Shown: piece by piece, positions 11,534 through 24,000 of the stretch
Layout: each line of letters opens with the position of its first letter
Position numbering within the stretch: position 1 is the stretch's first letter
Origin: Phoronis australis
Taxonomy: Eukaryota > Animalia > Phoronida
Direction of reading: 5' to 3'
Assembly (NCBI GenBank): GCA_002633005.1
Contig: NMRA01000096.1
Span: forward strand, 496,001-560,000
DNA length: 64,000 nt
The notes under the pieces: generated by a model
What the model was told of the DNA's origin: nothing
The model's input: only the letters and a program-made list of their open reading frames with translations
The model's database searches: none
Position numbers and translations under genes: made by a program

Positions 11534-12137
11534 ATTGGTAGAAAATGGACTGAGATAAAACTATTAATTGATGAAACTTGGGGACTTTGAAAAGTTGAAA
11601 ATTACCATTACGATTTAAGTGTAAATTAGTATTAACTTTTTTTCCCTTTTGCACGACCGACTTTAAAATATGTGCTTGACTCGAAATATTTTATTTGATA
11701 CCTGAAAATATATTTTCTCAGTTTTATATAACATTTGTCGCTTTGGGGAGGGGAGCAGAACAAAAAAATCTTAGTTGACAAACTGGGTATATTGACATGT
11801 GGTGAGAGTCAGTCGTACACCATAACCTGGGTGGAGTCGGTCACTAGTTTCGTTCTTTGGTGTTGATACTCTCAGCTCGGACAATGGTGGCATCAGAATG
11901 AAAATTGAGAAAAATGTTCTGCTGACTGTCCCACCCATCTTTGAGCAGTGTCGCAGCTGAGGTAAACAAACAGTATTTTGGATTTTCGTTTTCCCTAGCT
12001 GTTTGCGACTTGGCATAGCCTTGCAATTGAGCATGAGATTTTGTGGGCACTTCATGTAAAATACTCAAATTCAGCAATTGTTTATTTTGATGAAAACTAA
12101 AATATAAATGTGTATTACAATTTTTCCAGCTTACCGG

Positions 12138-13799
12138 ATGTCGCATCGTTACCCACGTCACCTGAATGTACTGTCACTCAACTGTCCTGACACTGGTGCC
12201 TACAGTATACCACCATTGTTCTTCTCTCAAGGCACAAGTGGGGCTCTTGCTGTTGATGACAGTGATGGTTCGAGGCCTTTATTACAACACTGTGCAGCTG
12301 ACCCCCAGTGGGACCTGAGGGCCACAGGCCCTGCATTACCATTAATCCAGCCTAATGAAGCCAAGGTACCCTGGGGTGATATCTGTGTTGAGTCCAGGAA
12401 AACAAACGAGATCGATTTTAGGAAACTGAGAACTTCCCTTATGAAACTGAAAACTAATATTTCATCAGCTAAAACATTAAAAGACCTCAGAAGTTATCTT
12501 AGTCACCTGTCTAGTGTTGACTCGACCGCGGTTGATGGATCTAAAAAAATGCCATATAGGCTACGCAACTTGTTCAAAAAATATCCTGAAATGCTTGATT
12601 CAAAACAAGTGTCTGACTTTAATGAGGATTACAGTGGCGGATGCTTATCGTATGAAGCGCTCCAGGAAGATAATGAGAAGGGAATCCTGATTTTTCCTCA
12701 TGGGAAAGACATGGATAACATCAGATTGGATTTGTTTGAGATGAGAGAGCACAAGTTCCTGTGTAAACGCAATCCTTTGATACAAAAGTTGGAATATCCC
12801 ATATTAGAAGTCCAGTCCTCCATGAAAAGCAATCGACTGTTGTGTTTACTCAGGTCTTATGCGAAATGTTGCCTCTACTCAGCACGGGTTTCAGAGGAGT
12901 CTGTAGAAAACTGGGATATTGAATTGGAAAGTGATGACTCACACGCGACCTCAGTATGCACTAGTCCATATATACATGGTGAGTGGCTTAAGTGCGATAA
13001 AGCAGGGACTGTAAAACTGTATTGTGTTAACAAGAAAGAGCGGATTTTGTGTGAGAACCATCAACCTCGCTTTTCGTCTCACTCCACGTGGTTGCACGCT
13101 CATTATGCCAGTCATCCACGACTAGTGACCCTGGCTGACAGAACTGCAGTTGAAACGCTTGATATAAGAGTGCCGTCCAATCAGCAGTCTATGGACTTGT
13201 TTGTTTTACCTCACAAATTACTGTTCAAAGAGGAGCACCTTCTGTGTACTCGCCAGCACACTGCAAGGCATTTCTACCACTTTGTGGTTACCGACTACAA
13301 TGTGTTTGTGGTGGATGAAAGATTTCCCGTGCTCCCTGTCCTCCACTGGAGTCACACTCTGACGAGTCCGCCACAGTATATGGAGATCATCGACAACGCT
13401 GTTGCTGGTCACGATGTCCTCCTCTTGTCCAGCCAATCAAAAGCGGAGACTGAGAGCTTTCAGCTATCTTTCGAACAGCAAATCGTACAGTCGACCTGTC
13501 CTCCTTGGAGGCTATCGCGATTTGATGATATCTTGCGCCTGGATTCAGTCTTGTATCCCGGATATGATATGTTGGCAGTGGAAAAGCGTCTGAATTCGTC
13601 ATTGATAGGTACATGCGGTCTACCTCATAGTGGCGGTCGAGGGTTTACTGCCTTGCAGTTGAATTCGTTTGGGGATCTGTTTGGACAGACTTACTTGCCA
13701 ATGTCAGCTGGCGAAGACAAAACATACCGTGCAGGCCCAGGTAGCTGTGAAGTGAATGTGAAGAGTGAAGATAAGGGAGTCATCGCCGACTGGCTGCAG
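12138..13799 (+). CDS. TAF1C: TAF1C-like first coding exon (554 codons, beta-propeller region)
   Basis: Inside ORF 12108-13868; acceptor tttttccag at 12129, donor CAG|gtaaa. Confidence 0.88.
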
Positions 13800-15879
13800 G
13801 TAAAACTGGTGTCTGAAATCTTTATATCTCTTTTTATGGAAGAATATTTTGTAAATGTACAAGATTAAATGCATTTTATGTATTTGGATGTGGTTTTTTG
13901 AGAATTGTGGACGGAAATCAACTAATTTATTCTTTTCGTTGTCTTCCTGACAAAGCAGAGTGTCTATTTTGATATGAGTTTGAGGGTGAGACACTGCTCT
14001 CAAAATACAACTACTGTTTTAACTTGCTTGTTATCTGTGTCTATTGGCCATTTTGCTTTACATGAGTGTGATCGAGTGTACGTCAAGCTGTCTAACAGAG
14101 AGTTCAGTCATGTTTTCAGTGAAGATTCTGAGGATTTAGTCACTCTGTTCACAATAATTATTTCAGTTGTACTTGCCATACTATGTGGTTTTCATCGCAC
14201 AATACCTACTTGTTATTGTAATAGAACTTAATATTTACAAGCTATTTTCAAACGTTTCAGGTCATTCACAGACAAATTGAAGAGGCGTCGTTTAAGATGA
14301 CTGCAGATGTGGAACAGTCACATGACCTCTCGGAAAAATTCAAGAGTGCGGTCTGTCATGAGGTGTTTCCTCATTTGCTGTGTATGCTGTGCTCGTCGGT
14401 GGCCACGCCCTCAAGTATACCTGATGATAAATTAAATGATGTGTGTCTGTCTTGCGGCAACACCATCCAGGAGAGCCGTGATCTCAAACTGTCTGGTTCG
14501 ACCAATAGAGTGTTTCCGTCAACACGTCAAGTCAAAGACCTTACCACACTTAATGCTCAATCATTCAGTGATCCAGACAGCCAGGTCTATTTTAAGGTAA
14601 TGAACATGTCTCATTTGATGATAATGCTTGTCGAAACTGCATCCCTTTTTGTTTAACTATAATTGAAAAAATAAATTTATGCTGCTGGTCCATACAAAAT
14701 TGCTTTCTAAATTTTCTTTTTTACAATGATTTAAGCTTCAAGTTTTGTTTGTGTAAAAAGATCACATGATGTTGGAAGGTTTTCGCAAGTCACTCGAATG
14801 TGCAGGTCACACCATCAACTCAGCGCCCACTAGTGATGAAAAGGCAACTCCAGTTCTGTACAAAAGGCATCGAGGTTGCCAGAGTGACGTTGTCTATAGT
14901 ATCATTATGTGTGTTTCCCTCTACCCCCCTTGGCTAAGTAGAACTGCGTCCCTATTCAACAACCTCCGTTGTTTTGTGGAAGTCTCAGAAGTATAAATAC
15001 ACATCTAATTAATATTTTATTAAGATGGTATGTCACCCGTGATAGAGGTCCCCTGCAACATTTTAAAGCGTTTTACAAGAAATGGTTTTGTTGCATTTAG
15101 GATATTGCTATAGCCATCACAAAAGAATCTGACATTTAATCTGTAAAGGTAGTTTTACATAGAATATCGTGTGTGAAAAGTTTTTTTCGTGGTTGTTTGT
15201 TCATTTGTGCTAAATTCTCTTGCATATGCATTAATATTTCATTGCACTTTGGCACTTTTTCCAGTTGTGGAATGGAGATGATATTGTTCGGGACGTTCAA
15301 CGAGCCAGAGAACGGAGTAGAGCACAATTCATGCAGCAACGTAAGAAATTCACCCCTAAGGCCAAGAGAAAACGTCGTCTGTCTGAATCCAGCGTGGCAT
15401 CGACGTCAAGTGTACGCTCTTCAGCGTCTGTGTACATCCCAGGGTTCAGCTTTGAATCACCGGCTAGGATATTTTCTCCAAAACGATTATCTCATGAGGC
15501 AATGTCTGGTAGTGAAGATGATGTAGTCCCAGTGGCAAAAGGGGATGTGAACATCAATGCTCTTCATCAGCCACAAGAGGGCGATAGTAGTTTGGTTGAT
15601 AAGGATAAAGACGTAGATGATGATCTTGACCAATTGGACACATTCAGCAGTTCACTTTTCACTAGTACACCGTGGAGTTCGTCCCATACAAAGACACTAT
15701 TTCCAGGGCTTCAGAGTCTTGGTGCCTCGCCATTGCAGGCAGACAGGAGTGTGATGTCATTACCTCAATCCCCATTGAAGAGATTTGTCTCAAGTCCTGC
15801 AAAAAGTCTGAAGGACACATTTAGGGCCAGTCCCAAAAAAGGGAAAAGAAAATCTACGTCCTTTACTGCTGGTTTTTAG
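12138..15879 (+). CDS. TAF1C: TATA box-binding protein-associated factor RNA polymerase I subunit C-like (SL1/TIF-IB subunit), about 870 aa
   Basis: Exons 12138-13799, 14261-14596, 15265-15879 with phase-0 GT-AG joins. Motifs HPRLVTLADRT, VVDERFPVLPVLHWSH, LQLNSFGDLF and the basic C-terminus ending GF match the TAF1C/Rrn6 family; AATAAA at 15905. Confidence 0.85.
14261..14596 (+). CDS. TAF1C: TAF1C-like second coding exon (contains CxxC-x17-CxxC)
   Basis: tttcag acceptor, AAG|gtaatg donor, open in frame. Confidence 0.8.
15265..15879 (+). CDS. TAF1C: TAF1C-like last exon (Ser/basic low-complexity tail ending KRKSTSFTAGF*)
   Basis: tttttccag acceptor, 204-codon ORF, downstream AATAAA. Confidence 0.82.
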   Translation: MWNGDDIVRDVQRARERSRAQFMQQRKKFTPKAKRKRRLSESSVASTSSVRSSASVYIPGFSFESPARIFSPKRLSHEAMSGSEDDVVPVAKGDVNINALHQPQEGDSSLVDKDKDVDDDLDQLDTFSSSLFTSTPWSSSHTKTLFPGLQSLGASPLQADRSVMSLPQSPLKRFVSSPAKSLKDTFRASPKKGKRKSTSFTAGF

Positions 15880-15904
15880 CTGCTGTTCTGAGATTTATGC
15901 GTGC

Positions 15905-15910
15905 AATAAA
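15905..15910 (+). terminator. Polyadenylation signal of TAF1C-like gene
   Basis: AATAAA about 25 nt after the stop codon. Confidence 0.6.
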
Positions 15911-16382
15911 ATTTCACCAATTTGAGACACATTATGACTGAGAAGTGAAAATTAATTTTTTTCCATAAAAGATGTGTCGCCACGAAATAATGAAACGTGA
16001 AAATAGGGTAAATTTGTCAATTTTGTTTGTGCGTGCGAAGTTGGCAAGATTTGACCGATAGTTATGATATCGTATTGTTTATAAGGTAGCTCACCTTCTT
16101 TCTTCAAGTTCAATGACTTTATTAAATGGAAAAATTATGAAATGGCGATTTTGTCATTTTCTGCTTGAATGTGTTCTTCGTTAGTCAGTTGTTTCCAAAA
16201 ATGCATAGTCTGCAGGAATTTAATATTATTTGGAACTGCAGCAGCATTGTTGCAAGAAGCATCTGAGGCAAGACTCTGTCCCTTTTGAAATCTACAGTGT
16301 GCAACAAGTCCTGATTGAATGGCCAACTCAGGTTAAGGCAAGGCCAAAAATAGCGTAACTGGTTCCAGCCTGCGCCAGACTC

Positions 16383-16580
16383 GTTTTTATGCGAACACAT
16401 AATGTGGACGTATTATGCTGTCATTTCTGTCTGGCGTCCGCTACTCTATCTCCAAAACCCTTTGACGAATGTTTATGAAATTTTGCACGTGTTCTTTTCA
16501 TGAATGGGACGGCATGAGCGAACTTTGAGATGGATCCGACCGACTACAGGTGTGCCCCCTAGTGAAAATTTTATTTTTAT
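16383..16580 (-). mobile_element. 3' fragment of the DINE-1/HINE-like repeat family
   Basis: Reverse complement matches 20930-21116 (cactagggggcac..gtagtcgg..ggatcc..caaagtt..gctcatgcc..gcaaaatttcat..ttttggaga..gcggacgc). Confidence 0.7.
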
Positions 16581-16864
16581 GTTTACTCTCCACATTGCTT
16601 TTGTTGAAACTTAATAGCTAGCACCAGGTGGAGGTCGGTAAAAAATGATCCTCACCCATTGCAGTTAAAATCAGGTGAATTATTCTTTTTGAAAATGTGG
16701 ACATTTAATTGGAAGTACTGTAACTCAACAATTTAGAACCAGAACCAGTTACATTATTTTAGTTAGCCTAAGATTGTATATTGTTCTCCAATGTATGTCA
16801 TTTTACCTCAATTCATTTCTCATTACTGACCTTGATGAAGAAAAGGTTTAAAATTGCTTAAACA

Positions 16865-16870
16865 TTTATT
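16865..16870 (-). terminator. Probable polyadenylation signal of HECTD1
   Basis: AATAAA on the minus strand about 870 nt downstream of the stop, followed by T-rich sequence. Confidence 0.5.
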
Positions 16871-17740
16871 GATAAAGAAAACACTAACAATACAAAGTTT
16901 TCATATCAATTAGCATGGAATTGCACATAATATACTCACTAACACGTAACAACCTCTAAAAGTGAATGTTTTACCAGTTTTTGTGTTGTCAGCACACATG
17001 ATTACAGTTAACAACTTGTTACAAAATGAGACAGAAACAACAGCATCGTGAAGAAATTGCTACGCGAAACAAACACCAATAACTCGTGTAGCAAGCAGCT
17101 GAATTGAACACGTTCTCCTACCCAAACAAACTTCAAACTCAAAAAGCGTTATCACGTCTTTGTTGTCAACTTAACTGGTCCATTGTGAGAAAATACCAAA
17201 ATGACAAAATACAATACTGTCTCGCAGCACACTAAGAGCAGAAATTGGGACAAAACATCAAATCCTAACACAGCAATACTTCAAACCCATTTTATAACAC
17301 AACAAGCAGGTGTGTGACACAGTTCCAGCTTTTCCTAAGTGTTTCCCACCATTGTAAATTAAAGCGCGAAAAGGGGACATGTTGGTCCCCCCGAGGCCCC
17401 TGTTCTCCGTGTACCTGACATGGGCAGGGGAGGCAAGTGGCTTATGCTGTCAATTTCTGACTAAGTCGCAGAGCACTTACTTGAACAATGATCTTCCTAT
17501 TTCCCAAATATACACCTGAGTGTACTTTTGAAAATGGAGGGCGCAGGAACGAAACCTGCTTATCAAACTGTTTGGTGACGCCTTTTGTAATTGTGCTACT
17601 CTGGCTCAAAAAGCAAGACTAAGTAAGAACCCGATGCTTACATTTAGGTTACGTGGCTTTCTGTCTGAGATCCTGCAGAACTACTGTGTGGGCAACGCCA
17701 GTTTGCCGCAGAACTCCACACCTGAAGTCCGTCATTGCGA

Positions 17741-18023
17741 TTAATTCAGATGGAAACCTTTCTCTTTAGTTGCAAACATGAGTCGTTCACGCATGATATC
17801 TTCCGTGGAATACTCCGGCAGTTTCAAATAATGTACGCACGTGTTGACGGAGGGGTAACACGTGTCCGTAGCGTCCACTTTCTTGACTATAGTGAGGCGA
17901 GGGTAGAGATTAGCCAGACCACCAGGTGGCAGCGAAGAGCAACCTGTGGTAAATTGCAGGAACGCTTTCCTCTCGTCCCCAGACATGGCCACCAATACGT
18001 TGACAAACCTCAGGAAGGCGGCG
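17741..18023 (-). CDS. HECTD1: HECTD1 exon 40 (HECT C-lobe, catalytic Cys, stop)
   Basis: [16 protein letters not shown]...[16 protein letters not shown]. Confidence 0.95.
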
Positions 18024-21000
18024 CTGCAAAGTGATAAAGAGACGATGCAAGCATTTGTAGCACAAGCGTTCAGAATCGAGCCACGACTGAGGGTGACGAA
18101 ATGTGACACCTCCGTTCAACAAAGTATGTGGATAAATTGTTACATCCAAATAAATAAACCCCTCGTACAGAAGTAGAACATTTTAAAAACAATTCCAAGT
18201 AGTATTTTGGAAACTAGTGCATTAAGCATGGTATCTGAAGCTTTCTTATGAATACAATCAGCCATTTCTGACATATGACTCTAGTAACCAAATTTGCCAA
18301 CCTTAAAAATTTGGACATTTTTGCAAGGGTTCCGCATAACCTTAAGTTAACCGTAAACCGACTAGCACCAAGGTGGTATGTAAACTTACACTACATTATG
18401 ATATTAGTTATAAGCCAACACAAAAGTATCATTCCTTGCTTCTCCCCCATGCTATTTTTATATTGCTACATGAGGATCATTTTCTGATCGGTTTCTTTGT
18501 ACTCTTTCAGAGCTAGTCAGTTTCCCCGAGAAGCCTGAGAATAGTGTAAGCATTGACCAAACATAATGCAACTTCCGAAATCTTATATGTGCAGTATGTA
18601 TGTATTAAGACGTAAATAATAAGGTGAAAAATCGGCACAACACTGTCAACTTCATGCTTTAAAGCAATTGTCAACCTTAACAGATTTTTTTTTTCAAAAA
18701 TACAATTGATCACCTTTTGTATAAAATTACATCTTTACCTTTCATAACTATCTTTAAAAGCATTATCCATGAGCCAAGAGTGCCAGCTGTTTGAGATAAC
18801 TTCAATTCAGTACAATTGATCTTTTGTAGCTCAACACTTATAGCAGTTTTGAACATTTATTGCTCTTTAATATGAAGGTCGGTTCATCATTGATGGCCCA
18901 TATCTATTGTTTGAGGTTAAATTGAAAATCCATAGTTTTGATGTTAAATATATACTGTTCAAACAGAAATTAGACTATGACTTAGTTTTTTTAAAAATTC
19001 ATGCTCAACGCAAAAAAGATTCTGACAAGAAAATATACACTTCTATTGCTTAAAAACATACATTTAAAAAGATATTTGATGCAATATGAAAGAGTCGACA
19101 TGATGGTTGGCAATTACCTCGACTGTTTAATTAACAGTCAGTTCATTACCTCTCTTTGGTGAATCCTAACTTTGGCTCTGTGTATGTCAGAATATCTTCC
19201 CTAGTCCAGCTGGGTGCCTGGTCACCACACAGCATCAACAACAGCTCTGACGGACTGAAGGAGTGAAGCTTTTCCATAGGGAACACTAGATTGAAGCCAG
19301 CTGGAAATGAAACGTGCGATCTTAAACACCAAGCAAAAATACATTTCTCACCAAGACCAGAAAGTCCACATAATTCTGTTTTTTTTTGTAGAAAATTGAA
19401 GTATTTTAATATCATTTTCTCAATAATTTTAAAGGTCCTTCCTAAGAAATGCTAATGTAATAGGGCTTCCAACATTTCTTAATAATGCAGAAAACATGGA
19501 GCATGAAATCATTAATACACCACCTTGATAATGGTTGTGTAAAAAAATAAAATAATTGCAGGTGGTCTGGTACATGTTGTACCAGATGAGTGCAGGCTCC
19601 TCGGATAGACCCATTGGGCAGATCACCTGAAACCATTTTTATGCTTATTAATATACAGATAAAACCGAGCTGAGGAGCTATAAACCTGACTCGAGGGTTT
19701 AGCATTGTGCCGCAGTGGAATTCAAACCCACGACCTTGAGTAAAGGAAGCAGACACCTATCCCACTAGGTGGCACTGCTTCCTCTAATGATTGTGTAGGA
19801 AGAGGTAGCATACGATCACACACCACAGCACACAATTTTATAGTGCTTACCTCTCTCATATTGATCTACGATCTAAATAATGTGCTAAACTTAAATGTTT
19901 AGTGCATCATTTTACAAAAGCAAATTGTAAAAGCCCACATGGTGGCTACCAGCTTACCTCTGAAGGAGTCCATCTGTCGCCGTATGCCAGAGTTCAAGCA
20001 AAAGTCAGAGACGAGATCAATGTACTCCTCCACGTTATCAATGGACACTTCGATGTCTTCACCATTTGGCTTGAGCTCCATAGTGGTGAAACCATACACC
20101 TTGGAGGAGGGGTTAAACTCAAACGTCAGCCTGAAAGAGAAGCAGGTCACTGTGTACAGAACGTAATGCCAGATCATCTTAACAAAAGCAACGCGGAGCG
20201 TTGAAATGCACCCACGAATGCATCACAAATGGCGTGCTTTTAGGGTTATTTGTATCATAAAAATGGCCACTAGATGGCGCAAATACGTACAATCCATCAA
20301 AAAGCGGGCACATGCCATATTTCATAAAAATCTGTCAAGGAACTTCAGAAAAACAAAGGAAGACAGTCAGAATAAAATGAAATTGCCACTAGTGGGCACA
20401 GTGTCCGTTGAATCCGCCTGAAAGTCGTCGTCTGTTATCTTCATATAAATACACTTACTTTAAATTTAATAAAGATCCTGCACTGGGTTTAGGAGATACA
20501 GCTATGGGCGCAAAAAAGGCCACTAGGTGGTGCAAAATACCTCAATTCCATCCAAAAACAGACGAAGGATAACGTCATCTCTCCAATAGATGACTATATT
20601 CAAAATTTTATGAAAATCTGTTGAGGACCTTTGAAGACACAGATCTGTAGTAAACGTAAAAAGTAAAATTGCCACTAGGGGGCACATTAATTCATAGTAA
20701 AAACATACATGCTAATTTTCACAATTATCCTGAAAGCAGTTTGGTTGATAGACCAGTGGACGCTAAAAACAGACTCGAAAACAGTACAAATGGCCACTAC
20801 GTGGCGCAAACTACGTTGAATCCATCCGAAAACGGGAGCATAACATCATCTCACTAATAGGTGCCTACATACTAAATTTTATGAAAATCCACTGAGGACT
20901 TTTGAAGATACAGAGGTAAACGAAAAAAAATAAAATTGCCACTAGGGGGCGCACTGGTAGTCGGATCCGCCCAAAAGTTTGCTCATGCCCTCTCATCTAT

Positions 21001-24000
21001 GGAAGAAAGACATGCAAAATTTCATGAACATACGTCAAGGCGTTTTGGAGACAGAGCAGCGGACGCTGGACGAACAGACGGAGATGACGGCATATTTATA
21101 TGTGGCCGAATAAAAAGAATAAGCAGAGCAAAACCATCATACGTCTCCTCCTTTACGTAGAGTTATCTCCCTTGATAATTAACTATATACCTGTCCATTG
21201 GCAGATTGACACACATATACTGTGAAGTTGGGCGAGTCCGTCTTAAGCCAGTACATATACAGAACTGAAATAGTCGTTTTATCCACCTACTTGTGATGGA
21301 AAACACGCCATGGAATCACGATGTCATGTTGCTTTAGTGAGGAAACGAGGGGCATAGGACTGACTGTCACACACACCATCATGCATACAGAACTTTTAAA
21401 AACACAAAGTGTTGACTAAACCTTCCACTACAGCACTCTTATATCATAGGTGATTTTGAAATGCAAGTGACAGTGTCGCAAAGAATTACAACTAAAACAT
21501 CACCATATGGCCTCTCAATCCTACTGATACCCCAACGTGATCTACTCACCCCAAGTCCTCCAGTCTAGCCTGTGCACCTGACGGCAGCTCCAGCAGAAGG
21601 TCATGCACTTTGTTGTGTCTGTCTTCCTCACTCATGGATTCATCAGCCAATATGGCCTTCTTTCTGTCGGCGAGATCCCGTAACTGATTCAAGAACCTGG
21701 CCCTGTGAACATTGACAAGTTCAAAGTCCTCCTGAGTTAGTAAACCGTCGAACCATGGCGACGATGACACAACGTGAGCACTGGACTTAGGTGGGTCAAG
21801 GATCAACTCCTTATCAGTCTCTTCCTCTGTGGCGATGAGAGGACTCCCTGGTGGCGACGAGGCCTGCGCGTGCGATGGCTGTGAGTGGTCAGAATCAGAG
21901 TCTACCACCAGGTGGGCGTTAAACTCAGTTGTTAGGTTACTGCCCACCTCACCCAGGCACATGAGTTTGAGGAAGGGCCGCGACAGTGGGATGTCTACCA
22001 GCCGGCTGTCCTGAAGAGCCTTAGCTAAGAAGGCACCCAGGAAGTGAAACATCTGCTCCACCTGCTCAATCTTGGCACCAGTCTGCTCTAGTGGCGCTGG
22101 GAACAGGCCGCACACTTTCTGAACATAGTAACCCGGTGGTTTGGTGCCGTGACCAATGTCCACCTAGGATTGGAAGAAGAGTAATTATAATAGAAGCTGT
22201 TCAAATTATGTTTACATTCAATGCATAATAAAAGATTTCTGATGACTTCAGATTTGCCATTGTCTTGCCCATAATGAATGTGACTGCTGTCAATCATACA
22301 TTGATGATAATCGCTCACTCTTTTAACGTTAACTCCAGAGAGATCAACCCAAAAACTTGTATCAAGAAACAAAATGTAAGCATTTTAAAACAACAGCGTA
22401 CACATAAAGCTAAATACTAAGATCCTGGGACTAACATGAACACGAACAATCCTGCCACAACCAGTAAGTGCAACACGACACAATCCCTTGACCAATATCA
22501 TAATCGAATATCCAATTGAGAACAGACTCCCTACCTCTCTTGCCAGGTCATCCGGTACATCGTCATCACACAACCACAAGCCAAGATCCTTACGCTGGAG
22601 TTCCGCAGAGACGAGAGCATAGAACTCCAGGGTAGGGCCCAGTCCTGTACCCTCCTCATCCTTGAACTCAATCTGTAAACATGAATAAGTAAAGTACAGT
22701 TTAATTGGTCAGAACTGATCACTTGACAAACACCTGACTCAAAATGCTATTATGAGGGAATTTATTTCCATGACCATTTTGCCACTACATTTAAATTCAT
22801 GGGGTCAATGCCTTACGGACATGTGACCACTGAATTGGTCTTTTGTGAGTTCAGAAGGTCGATTTTTGTCTCACTTCCCTTGGCATCAAGGCGCTAAGGT
22901 GGAACTGCACAGGGGACCTTGTGCGAGGTTATACAACAAGATGGAGATTCTGTCCCACTTTTCTACTTAGTTTGGAAGGAAGCTATTCGCCAGCATCAAG
23001 CATACTTTGTAGACAGTTGGAAAAAGCCAACTTTTTATTCCCTAACACAGCTGGCCACAAAGTTAAGTGATGTAAGATACAAATCGGAATGTCAACCAAC
23101 ATTCGTCAACAATCAAATCTAATTACTATTTGTGATATCTTTTGACAGAAACAAAAATTCCAAACACGAGCAAGAATGAACAGCCTGCTGAAGTTCGATT
23201 TACAACATAGTGCATTCTGGTGTTTATCCTGGTGTGATTATCCAGACATCAACCCAGCAGGTGGTTGGGCATTCAATAAGAATTTTCTACTTTGTCGGCG
23301 AGATATTTCCCAACAAGCACAATACAGTATTTCCCTCCATCTATAGAAAGATCGATCAAATTGGAAAAACATTTTCAAATTATTACAAATTAAAGTCTAG
23401 CAATACTTCTCTATACTCACCTCCAAGACCGATTTCCTCTCAGCATGGCAACGGATGACCTGTTGCGCCCATTCCAACAGTGACGTTCCCCGAGGTACGG
23501 AGATACGTTCGTGCTTCAAGCGACCCACACGATACTCGTGGGAGTCGTCCCTGCGAGGGGACGGACCACGGTGACGATCCAAGTGGGCATCTCTCTTGTT
23601 CTGCAGCCACACGATTGACCTGTTCAAAAAAACTGCATAATCAAACATTGATCTATTGGGCCCAGGCACAGTCATGCATTACAGCAAAGAACAACAATTG
23701 CCTTTAGAGCAAAACACCAACTGTTTGAAGACATTACATAGAAATGAGCAGACATCACTCACATAACCCTGTCTTGATAGACCACTGCCAATGCCCAGTA
23801 ACTTAGCAGCTTCCATTATCTAACCCAGCGTGCGTCTTCTCATCAGAAACGCTAGCTATGAACAAGGAACTCTTGCAATATGCTTCAGTGTAACACGACT
23901 CTTTCTGGATCTTAATGAGAACTTTTATTTAAAAATAAAAAATAAAAAAACACTAAAATGAGAGGGGACCGATTAATTCAAATAAGTCAAATACTTAGGG

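Noticed and set aside
17372-17432. GC-rich hairpin (ggggac..gtcccc) in the HECTD1 3' UTR
   Set aside because: The stem is too short to distinguish from chance; no SECIS or other known motif
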